Shown here in pieces: positions 37,805-48,952 of a stretch of 64,000 nt of DNA. The translations under genes and the position numbers were made by a program. The DNA is from Botryllus schlosseri (Eukaryota). The notes beneath the pieces were generated by a model. The model saw only the letters and a list, made by a program, of their open reading frames with translations. It ran no database searches and had not been told where the DNA came from. The DNA lies in the NCBI GenBank assembly GCA_051294905.1, contig CM119371.1, forward strand, positions 22,136,001 to 22,200,000, read 5' to 3'. Every line of letters begins with the position of its first letter. Within the stretch, counting starts at the first letter, position 1.

Positions 37805-39658
37805 GATTTCAGTCTTAATGATGAAGTGAGCAGGGTTGTAACCAAGTCACCAAGTCGATCCCACTTTTATAGTTTTGACTCGAGTCAAGTCGAGTCATTT
37901 TCAATTCACCATCGAGTCCTCCTTAGTTTCCAGTTAGAGTCTTGTTAAACCCACTTTTCGTAACTCAGTTTGGTGATATCGAATGGTTCGCATATCGCAT
38001 TTATAATATACTGATTTTTCTCACTTTTAGCAGTTTTTGGTCGCATTTTCAAGTACCAGAAGCCTACCAATAGACGAAATCCCAATAGTTTGGTTACTGT
38101 ACTATTCTTCGAAATTATAGTAAAGTCCTGGTCGTTTGAGTCTAGAGTTATATGACTTGGTTTGAGTCATACGCAATGACTTGGTTTGAGTCATACGCAA
38201 TGACTCGAGTCCAAGTCAAGTCAATACACTCCTGGACTAAAATAATACTAGTGAATCACAGCATAATTTCTGCAATTTCGATTCTTCATTTTCAATCATC
38301 TCTACCTCTGCTCTGCGGTAACCCTTGTCAATTCTTCATCTACTGCAATTCTGTAATCTGACTTCTCTATGTATTGCATAAGAATAACAATTTGACTGTT
38401 ACTGAAATTTTAAAAATTCACTCAAATCTCGCCATTTTCCTTTGGGGGCAGGTTGCTTCCCGGATTATGTGTGTATTTATCAGTTCTACTGTGAATAAAG
38501 AATAAGAATAATAGAGGCATGTTCATCGGAACCTTCGAGTCATTACCGTATTTTGAGAAAATGACTCGAGTCATCCGAAAATCGTGACTCGAGTCATTAC
38601 AACCCCGGAAGTGAGGTCTTAAAATTGAGACTGATTCAGCTCTTCAAGTCCATATAAAATTCTCACACTTTTTTGGTCTATAAATAAGACCAAGAAGCGC
38701 AGACAGATTGTGCTTATCAAGACAGTATTTTAGTGCATAAATTTTTTGGTCTTGATTTCAAGGCGAATTTCGCTAACAAAGAAACAATATAATCGGTGGT
38801 CTTCAAAATGAGACCGAATATTTCTTATGAGACATGAACACAAGACACAACCAGCTGATTGAGACAATTTTTGATGCTTACGTTTTGTAACTCTCATTTT
38901 ATAGACGAATTTAGCCTCGTCTTAAAAAATCAGGCGGGTAAGTCGTCATGAGCTAGGAGCACAAGAGATAACTAACTTGTTGAGACATATTTACATTTTT
39001 TCTTTTCACGGACCTGGACCAGGCTCATACACTTTCGGTCGAAAAAACTATTTTCCCTGAATGTTAGTAATGGCTTGAGGTCTGAAAGTGCATGAGCCCT
39101 CCAGGTCCATGGATTAAATCTGCCACAATCGGACGTACTACTGACAAAGCCAGGACATGGACATTAGGTGGCACCAGGTTGTTGGTTGCATACCACTCTA
39201 CAACTTGATCAAATGTATGGGGTATGTATGGCTCCACAACCAGAATTAAAAGTACCTTATTACTTCGACTGATACGCATATACATTGATGTGTTATCCGC
39301 TACCGACTTGAACACCACAAATGCTAGTATTGACTCGGATACGCGTATATATTATTCTGAGTTTTGCGTAATGAGTGGTAAGTGGCATGTACCTTGATGA
39401 TAGTGAATGATTTGTAAACTCATTGTCACAGTAATATCCCGACACTGCAAAGTCAGGTCCCTCACGCCTTCCTTTCACTAATAACTTAATGCTGAACAGA
39501 TTGCCACCACAGCACTTCTAGGCCAACTGTTTTCCACCAATTTGGGTCTTACCTTTGAGACAAAAAAGTAGTCTACTTGATAAGACCAATTGGTCTTTCA
39601 CACTTCTTTTTCTAACATAATGATTCAAGACCAAATTAGTGTGACTTTTTCTGTAGTG
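37805..39658 (-). mobile_element. Second CACTA-like copy, inverted, left end truncated
   Basis: Ends TTTTTCTGTAGTG (CACTACAG on the minus strand). 38608-38900 aligns with the reverse complement of about 31530-31815. Confidence 0.78.
37831..38607. mobile_element. hAT-like family B element nested in CACTA copy 2
   Basis: TIR CAGGGTTGTAA / CGGGGTTGTAA. Perfect TSD GAAGTGAG, present once at the empty site in CACTA copy 1 (CTCACTTC near 31809). Confidence 0.92.
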
Positions 39659-40191
39659 GTATGCTATGCTATGCAAAAACTGGCTTCATACTGACATTCC
39701 GCCAGGACAATTATAGAAATATTACTAGGCACCAGCAATAATTTCTATTAAAATCAACTTGTGACAGTTGCCTTCTTAAAAATACATCTAAAGTTTACCT
39801 TGACATCATTGGCTCCATTGACTAGCCTTCAAAGAGACAACAGCAATGAGGAGAATTTGAGTTCGTATAATTTGCTGGCTGCTTTTCGCTATGGTCTCGA
39901 AGCTCGTTGCAGAGTATACCAAACGTTTCTCTCACGGATTTCTAGAAATCCCTGGTTTCTCTGTAAGGTGTAAATACGATTATATCTACTCAAACCATTA
40001 TACAGCAATAACAAAGATAAACTGATTTTGTCGTACGCAGATGTGATCGGTGGTTCTTTTCATTCCAAGACTATATCCTCTTTGTTGGCTTTCAGTTTCA
40101 GCTCTCAGCTTCTGATGACAATATACAATCCAAGAACATGTTCGGGCTCTATTACTGATACAGGTATATATTGAGTATAGAGCGCCATATA

Positions 40192-40800
40192 CATCGAGAA
40201 GGCATATCCGCAACACCCCGTAGCTAAAAGTTGAAGCCAACTTCTCTGCATCTCACGAATGAGCCTCGCCCACATCGTTTTCCACAAGTATTGTATTGAT
40301 AGGCACAACACAGTGGGGCTTATCGCCTTTCTAGGCCTTGTACCTCACGAGTCACGACATGAATTTCATAAAGTTCATGGGTCTTTGCTTTTTTCTGTCT
40401 TGTTGGGAACGTCTTTATCATTCTCTCTCGCAGCCATTCTCTCTCACAGTAGGGCTTATCGCCTTTCTAGGCCTTGTACCTCACGAGTCACGACATGAAT
40501 TTCATAAAGTTCATGGGCCTTTGCTTTTTTCTGTCTTGTTGGGAACGTCTTTATCATTCTCTCTCGCAGCCATCTTCATTGTCTCTCACTCCCATGCGTC
40601 CCCATCGTGGTCTCTGCTGCCGACTTATAGCACGGCTCACTTTCAGTCTGGGCTTTTCAATGCACTACCGTAGTATAGTGAGGTCGGCCATGAGGAGCCC
40701 CACATCGAGAAGGCATATCCGCAACACGCCATAGCTAAAAGTTGAAGCCAACTTCTCCGCATCTCACGAATAAGCCTCTCCCAAATCGTTTTCGACAAGT
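40192..40800. repeat. X-Y-Y-Z-X duplicated block
   Basis: X (about 100 bp) at 40192-40289 and 40703-40800. Y (about 136 bp) in tandem at 40309-40580. Z contains GACTTATAGCACGGC, shared with the SINE body near 49026. Confidence 0.85.
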
Positions 40801-41625
40801 CCGCGACACCAAAATACTAGTCAGGTAGAAGCATATTACAACTGGAGCACCCCACAGACATGGTTTCGTAACTATCGACACTTACGGAGAATCGCGTTCA
40901 TACTGGGCATGATTTCCCGGGAATTTACCGGAAAAGCGACTTGTATGAACAAAAGTCCGCGGTAACTCTAAATGTGTGAACACGACCTGTTCACGTAAAT
41001 TTTACCGTACTTTCTGTAGTTTCGTAAATCCGGTATGAAAAGGGCCAATGACTCTCGAGCGGGTCATTCGGGACTCAGCAATTGAAGTGGCGACCTTTTT
41101 TTAGTCAACACCACTAAATTTAAGTAAAAAATAGGAAAATGGGAGTCGGATGAAAACGATTACCTTTTTTAGGCTTGATCAACCAACTTTTAGATTTGGT
41201 CAGAGTGTCCTCTTTTCGCGATTCCAAAATCTGGTAACCCTTATTTATTCTAAACGGCGAGAAGTGTCATGCCGAATGCCTCACAACGAGGCGGCTAGTG
41301 AAAGCGTTTATACCCTTTTAACAATTCAACCTCTGCCCAATCTCCATCTCAGTCCATAAATACATGTCAGATTCATCAATTCGACGCAAAGTCATCACAA
41401 CCGAACTTGATGATATATTTCTAGTGAACAGCTACTTCACCCGGAACAGCCATTGCCACATTTAGCGCTATGTATCCGCAACTGAATGTGACGACTAATT
41501 TTCATTTGATATATTTACAACAGTGCACCCATTGTTAAATAAATTGATACAGAGCCGGCCAGCGGTATCTTACTGAAATGTAAAGAGATCTGCACTCCGA
41601 TCATATCAGCACTAATCCTTTAAAG

Positions 41626-41720
41626 CAGGGGTGTCAAACTCAAATTGCGTCGCGGGCCGAATTCAAGCCTTCAAATCGCCCGCGGGCCGGATCAATCAAC
41701 TGATTCCAAAATGCAAACTC
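41626..41720. mobile_element. Charlie-like left terminus, partner end not found
   Basis: CTTTAAAG|CAGGGGTGTCAAACTC...CGCGGGCCG motifs. Confidence 0.65.
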
Positions 41721-42250
41721 GTGTCCTTGCTTTTCAATTGAATACTTTATTATCAAGCAATACACGTATCATAGGGATTATATTCCAGCAAGTTGCAACA
41801 CCTTCATTCGTAAAGAATTGTATTAGGAAAAATACGACGATTGTCCGGTTACAACGAGCCGATACAACAGTGGCGATAGTCGCAATCTGCCTTTAGCCAC
41901 GCGTATGCGCTGTGAGCAATACAATATATATTTAACTGTAAACGCGGGCGTATGAATTTGGATCGCACATCGGGTTACTCTCCCCAAGCAGTGCGATCAT
42001 AGATATAACTTCTAATAGTTCTAGAAATCCCCTGCACCGTCGAAAGCGAGCCAATTCATTTAAAACTGAAATAGCTGGCTACTTCAAGCGAAATTCACGA
42101 CCACGAACGGACCGCCGATCATTGGCCCATGATGAAGGTTATCCCGTATTGACAAGATAAAATCATAACGGAGCAAAAGTAACAAGAACAGCATGTTGTA
42201 GCAATCTCATCGCGACGAGCCACAGTGCAATTCAACCATCAAACTCTTAT

Positions 42251-45200
42251 TATAGATAACTAAGGTAAACCGTAGATGCGACACTCGCGAGCATCACGTA
42301 ACGTCACGCTCCAATTATACTCTACGGCACTGTTGTTGTTTTGCTTGGCGCTTATGCAGCATGAGGCTGATTTCAGCATTAGGATGGTAATATCTATCCA
42401 TGGGGTATGTTTAGCGAGTAGCTGCTCCGTATGGTTACTAACCAAGCTTATTGGATCCATGCTACACAATCTGTGCTAGGAAAACGAGCAATCGAATACA
42501 ATTTTAAAGTCAATAAATACGGCTGCCCAAAGCGGATTTCCAGTATCTCAAGATTAAGTTCCTTGGTGTAAGGTGTCGCATTGAAAGTGATGACTCGGAC
42601 GTGTAATAATCTATCCGCATTTCAGCTGACGCGGTCTCGATCCCTTCAAATTCTGTAGATACCGGTATGTTGCTTAACATGGAATCACGCCGTATCTAAT
42701 AACAATAGGAATTTTTATTACTTGACAGACGATTATTTGTTTGAATCTAATTGCAACTGTTGCGACTTGGCCTAGACAGGCAGATTTGATTAAGACTACT
42801 CACTGCTGATCTTATTCAAGATCTGCTGAATAATGTACAATGATATGGAGGACAGGAGAGTGACGACAAGGAAGCAAGTGGCAACTGGTGATAAGACTCT
42901 GGAACCTAGTGCATTGCTCAGAATAGCCACAATACTACTGCCTACCATCTATCTTCATTCAATAAGTCTGTAATGGAATACGGCTGTCCCAATGCGGCAA
43001 GCAAAAGATTGATGGAAGTCGATGTGAATTTCAGTCGAAGCAGGTGATAACGCAGAAGCATTTCACGCATGGGACTATTTCTATGAAAGTTTATCAAGGA
43101 TCAAATTTATCAAACGTTTTGCTCGGCACAATGAAGCTAATGAGTCCAGTCAAAGAAGAAGAAACTTTAAGGAGGAAAATTTGGTGCGTTGTGAGCAAAA
43201 GTCCTCAGTACATTGCAAGGGCACTTTCAACAACACACGTGGCCCTCTCGGAGGAGAACACCGCGGTTTGGAAATTGTAAAATCTGCATTGCAATTTCCA
43301 ACCACGTGGCTCCTTCATTTCATTTATGAAGAGGAAGGCTTGGCCAAATATTCATATTTTAGAGGCAAACAAACCCAATACTGAAGTAGAAATGATGTTA
43401 ATTTCATCTCAAACGCAAGTAAAAGTAGCGATTTCCAATAAGGCAAAAAGTTGTTATTCTAGGCTGAGTTTAGAAGTAGTCAAATATCATAACCATGCTA
43501 GTAAGTCTTACAAGTAGGTTACTTGAGTACTTTGAAAAAGTAGAAGTATTTCGTCACTATCCACCTGTTGGAATCTGCCAAAATATATCTGACTGTGACA
43601 TAACCAACAGTTCATGTGTTTCTGTTTTTATGTGCCATATTTCATGATTTATTTTCTATATTTCAAATGAAGAAGGAAGCAATAAAATGCGATTTTACCA
43701 AATTTTTCTCACCTGGGAGAGCCTAACAAGAATTAGAGAACCGAATCAATGGTCATAAGTCACAGGAGTAAGGGAGTGTCTATATTTCCATCAAACCGAA
43801 ATACATAACAAATAAGGTAGCATCAATAATGACATGGAAGATATAGCCTACACATGTGCAATACTAGGATAGGAATGAGTGATGAGACCTTCGCATTCAA
43901 CTTGTCGGATCACACCCACATCAAACATGTTGTACACTGTCTCATCTGATTGTATAAATAGTCGTAAACATATATGATTAGAATAATGTAAGGGTTAAAT
44001 AGGTTGACAGTAATGATATGACGACAAGATGAAGATTTTCTACATCCATCATACGACTGTCCTAGTGTTCACGGATATATGTTGTGACAGTGAATTACAA
44101 ATGAGAGACCCTGAGTGGACAATAGATTTCGAGCCAGGTTACTATTAGATGCAGATAACTATAGATTTGCCCGTTGACAAGGATCTTGTAGTATGAGAGT
44201 GAAAATATTTGTGTGTAACTATTACCTTGTACAATTCAATGCTTAATGAGGGTAGGTGACAATCTGGTACGTAGAGGTGCTCCTACATCTGAAAGCAGAT
44301 GGGCTGCGAATCCCGCGGGTTGAACTGCATGTTTTGAAAATACTGGGTGTCAAAAATGTGGCAAATAGAAGCCGCCTTACGATAACAAATCATCCAGTTA
44401 AATTATGTCAAATGTGAAAAATCATTTCACTGACAGCTTAAACGATGAAATGGACATTGCGCTGATTTTATGGAATTTGTGCTTGAGATAAATTCCAGCG
44501 GTGATTTGGATATCTGACTGTGGAGTTACGCTAGTCACTCCATCATGCAGGCATTCACAGAGTCTCTTTGGCAAAGCTGTGCAATAATAGATGGATCATC
44601 AATGATGTTACGTAGGTCTTATGTCACACAAATTTCACAACCTTTAATTTCATCCTCTTCGACTGGACTCAGCATCGTCATTTAGTTTCATTTTGTCGAG
44701 AAGAAACTTGGTCCTTGATAAATGTTCATAGAAATAGTCCCATGCATGAAATGCTTGGTGGGATCACCAGCTTTGACTAAAATTCGTACCAAAATCCATC
44801 AATCTTTCGGTTGTCGTATTCGGATAGCGTGATTCCATTACTGACTTCTTGAATGAAGATAGCTGGTAGGTGGTATGATAGTGACCCTTGTATAAATTTC
44901 ATATCCAGCAACCACTTGCTTCTTTGCCATCATTATCCTCTATGTCATTGGACATTATACAGCAGATAACATGGTCAGTGAGTGAGTGAGCAGTGACTTT
45001 CAATCAAATCCACCTTCATCGGCCAAGTCACAACGGTTACAAGTAGATTCAAAGAATTTATCCTCTGTCAAGTAACAATAATTCCTATTACTACAAGGCG
45101 CGATTCCATGCTAAGCGGCATAACGGCATCTACAGAATTTGAAGAGGCCGAGCCCGCGTCAAGTGAAATGCGGTTTCTTATTCTGATTGATATTATACCA

Positions 45201-45564
45201 ACACGTCATTAGTAGTATAATTACTTTCAATACGACACCTCGGAACTTCGGAACTTCTATCTATAGAGAAACAAGAAACACGCTTCGGGCAGCCGTATTT
45301 AATGGCTTCAAAGTTGTATTCGATTGCTCGTTTTCCTAGCACAGATTGTGTAGCATGGATCCAACAACCTTGGTTAGTAACCATACGGAGCAGCTACTCG
45401 CTAAACATACCCCATGGACAGATATTACCATCTTAATGCTGAAATCTGCCTCCTGCTGCATAAGCGCCAAGCAAAACAACAACAGTGCCGTAGAGTATAA
45501 TTGGAGCGTGACGTTACGTAATGCTCGCGAGTGTCGCATCTACGGTTTACCTTAGTTATCTATA
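42251..45564. mobile_element. Foldback element 2 with TIRs of about 920 bp
   Basis: 42251 to about 43172 is the inverted repeat of about 44641 to 45564. The TSD reads as 7 bp CTCTTAT (TATAGA termini) or 9 bp ACTCTTATT (ATAGA termini). Confidence 0.88.
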
Positions 45565-45574
45565 CTCTTATTTG

Positions 45575-45828
45575 AAGAGCTTCTTGGAGGTACAGAACTT
45601 CAATATACAATTAAATAGTATATTCATATTGAAATGAACCCGAATATTTTCGGCTGACACTCGTCAGGGGTAATCGTCAGCAACAGTAGTATATACAGTA
45701 TATATACAGTAGTATACAGTAATACAGTAATACAGTAATATACAGTAGTTGCTGACGATTACCCCTGACGAGTGTCAGCCGAAAATATTCGGGTTCATTT
45801 CAATATGAATATACTATTTAATTGTATA
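45575..45828. mobile_element. Penelope-like pseudo-LTR palindrome, copy 1
   Basis: Perfect inverted arms of about 80 bp around a TACAGTA-repeat spacer. Flanking duplication TATACTCTTATT. Same AAGAGCTTCTTGGAGG end as the copy at 61133. Confidence 0.65.
45761..45794 (+). ncRNA. Minimal type I hammerhead-like motif (mirror copy on minus strand at 45638-45671)
   Basis: ACCC-CTGACGA-GTGTCAGCC-GAAA-ATAT-TC-GGGT. Core boxes CUGANGA, GAAA and UH are present, with a 4-bp stem I and a palindromic stem III loop. Stem II is weak. Confidence 0.5.
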
Positions 45829-47184
45829 CTCTTATTCAACCACAAGTGTGTGAATGGCGACAATGCCTATATAGATAGAATCTTATAACAATGTGGCGAC
45901 GCCGCAACGTCATTTCGCCTTGCATTCCAACAATTATTAGCCATGACGTTAATCACTCAGAACACTCCTTCATCAATATCAATTATGAACGGCGAGTGAA
46001 TTATCTTCCTCGTGATGCCATATTTTACATATTCGTGGGCTATATACTCAACCCAATAATAACATTTACGGTGACTGGACATGAAGAGAAGTAAGCTAAA
46101 ATACCAATTGAATAGTATACATTCATATGAGTGGCGTCTCGCCCTATAAGGCAACTAGGGCAGCACTGCCCCACCTCAAATTCTGTTCTGCTACAATGGT
46201 TGACCATTTATAGACGCACAGCGATCAATATATACCTAAATCACTGCGAAAATCAAATTTTGGTTGCACTCTCGCTTGTAAATGCCTATCTATGGCGAAG
46301 TCTCTGCAGAAATCGTATCGTATTATCTTCTGTGTTTTCGCTTTGTAAATGCCTATTCGGGGCATGTCGCGGTAGTGCTCATAACAAGCTTCACCTGTCT
46401 GTTCACTCGAAGCCGCTCACAATCATGAAATGGTGATTTATTCTCTATTCATAATATTACCGAGCAAGCGGGGCAACTTTGCGTCCATGAAGAATTAGTA
46501 GCAAATCACGTGTGGATTAAGGAAAAGTTGTAGCACTGTCTTGCGATAGCGACCCAGCTATGACCAATGAGCAATGACCACCCCTCTGAGAACCATAAAC
46601 GTCCCATCCAAAAAGCAGGGATACAATTAGAATAGGGAAGGAAAAGGGAACACCGCGACGGCGGACATATATATATCTTCATTTATTCATACCTTATATA
46701 TGTGTATCGTGTATTACATCTGTTCTTGTTTCTGTGGGTTTTCCACTTTGTATTTTTTCGGATCACTCTGACCCTCCCTGCAATAGTATTAAACTGGTTA
46801 TGGTTACAGCAATACAGGAATCTAATCCTCGCGTAAAAGTACTATCTACATTACTCAGTAGTAGCACAAGCATCCTACTTGATGTGGAATGAACAGTGGA
46901 GGCAATTACTTTTTGAAATATCAAAAGAAGACAAATTTGTGCTGTTGTAGTGTTAGGTCAACAAATTTTCAAAATTGTGTACGAACTCAAAATTATTTTG
47001 CACATTTCATTTCGTTAGTGTCGTAGAGGTTGCATTGTCAATAAACTTATGATTTGACATTTTAATTCAACCTTGTAGACCACTTTATAGGCATGGTCGA
47101 TTGACTACTCATTGCGAATCATAAATCATCGAATGAAACAAATAGGTTGACATTGCGTACCTTTGTTTGTTTTGGGGTATTCAT

Positions 47185-48952
47185 TAGGGATGGTGTGAAC
47201 CTCTGAAAGGTTCAGGTTCGTGTGAACGTGAACCTTTTTGAAAGGTTCTGTGTGAACACGAACGTGAACCTCATGACGTCACGTGACGTCATATTGCTAA
47301 TTTATACCCCATATTTCAATTAGGTGATTGCCTATATTAATCTACTGTACACGATACCGAGCGACGACTCGGGGCCACATAATAGCTCAGTACTTCAGTA
47401 CATATTGACGTTTGAAACGTCGCCAAATGTATCAACTGGGGCAATCAAATGATATAATAATCCCATGAAATCAGTATCTTGCGTCGCTTTGCCAACAATT
47501 TCGACCTGATCGGACAATGTATTCGGCGTCTGAGTATTGCCACATGGATATTGAGCAGAGTGTAAAATGTGTTTCTATACTTGCTACCGATTAACGAGTT
47601 ATACAGCAGTATAGCCAACACCCCAGTCGCACGGATTTGGTTTTTATGATACAGTATATACATATGTAGTCAATTGACCCCGTACGCCTGCTAGATTTTT
47701 ACATCAGAAGACGATGTCAATCTCATTGATTGGTTGAATGGGGATCATTTGCTGACAAAATACAGTGTATATTTCGCTCTTGATGTCATGTGATTGCGGG
47801 TCAAGCTCACAGCACAGAGACACTAAATATGCACAGAGAGAGAGAGAGAGAGAGTCTTTATTTTCATCGAACCAAAATACATAACAAACGGCAGTGAATG
47901 TGGTACAGAAAATATGCGTGCACAGTATTCGGTATTAGATAGGAATGATCGATAAGACCGTGAAGGTCATCTAGTCTGATCACACCAGCATCAAACAGGT
48001 ACACTTGACTTAGAACAGTCTGGCTGTAAAAAAATGTTTAGTTAGGAAAGGAAAATAGAAAAAAATTAAACAATGGTAGCAGATTATCAATGAAGCAATG
48101 TCTGGGCGAGGTAGGGCAACAGTGTTAGTGTAACGACAAGAGGTGATCAAGTAGGGCTTTTTTGAATCTATTATAAGGCAATTCACGGATATGTGATGGT
48201 AATGCATTCCAGATGATAGGTCCCGAGTAGTCGATAGATCTCTTAGTTAGGTTGCTATTGGGTTGGGGTAAGTAGACGTTTCCTTTAGACGAAGATCTCG
48301 TGTAATGGGAATGGACATGTTTAGCAGGTATGAAAAAGTCATCAAACACAGGAGGGAGACTATATTGGAAAAATATTTGTGAACAACTTTTGATACTTCG
48401 AAGCGATACAGTTCATCAACTCGCAAAATTCGATGCTTACGGTAGTAAGGCGATAAATTGGTACGTAAAGGTACAGATGAGATCAGCCGTATCGCACGGT
48501 TTTGCAGGGTTCGAATTCTGCACAAAAATGTTGTACATGCATTTCCCCATACTACGATTCCATATTGCAGATGCGAGTGGAAAAGAGAGAAGTAGATGGT
48601 TCGTAGTACTGATCCGGAAACCAAAGATTGGAGACGGGTCATTATTCCCACACACCGAGCTAACGGAAGGCTGGATATTTCGACCAAACTTTTGTAACAA
48701 TACAAGTAAATTTTTGAGATTGTCAAGGGCATGCTCGTTTAGTGTTGAATGTTTATGCTGCCAGCCCCATGCATAGAAAGTTGAAAGTCAATAAATTTGA
48801 AACAAAGATGTTATAATGAAGTGAAAATTGCAATATATGAAAAAGGTTCACAGTGCAGAACCTACCAAGGTTCTGTTGTGAACGCGAACCTCAAACTTTC
48901 CGAGGTTCACACACAGAACACGAACGTGAACCTCACGTTCACACCATCCCTA
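47185..48952. mobile_element. hAT Ac-like element with GTGAAC repeats, containing a LINE fragment
   Basis: Perfect 16-bp TIR TAGGGATGGTGTGAAC. Perfect TSD GTATTCAT. Confidence 0.94.
47836..48661 (-). mobile_element. 5'-truncated CR1/L2-group LINE (ORF2 C-terminus, 3' UTR, (TC)n tail)
   Basis: Reads IYFSLFHSHLQYGIVVWGNA...LQNRAIRLIS, then after a frameshift HSHYTRSS...YSGPIIWNALP. AATAAA precedes a (TC)n tail. The empty site (CACA|AACGG) is visible in the paralogous hAT copy near 54693. Confidence 0.9.

Noticed and set aside
40890..41046. Possible PIF/Harbinger MITE (TTCATAC...GTATGAA)
   Set aside because: The left terminus is too degraded and no 3-bp TSD could be confirmed.
46529..46850. 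Possible solo LTR (TGTAG...CTACA with CCAAT, TATA and ATTAAA signals)
   Set aside because: The flanks AAAGT and TTACT are not a TSD and there is no second full copy. Only a short resemblance to bases 1-20 of the window.
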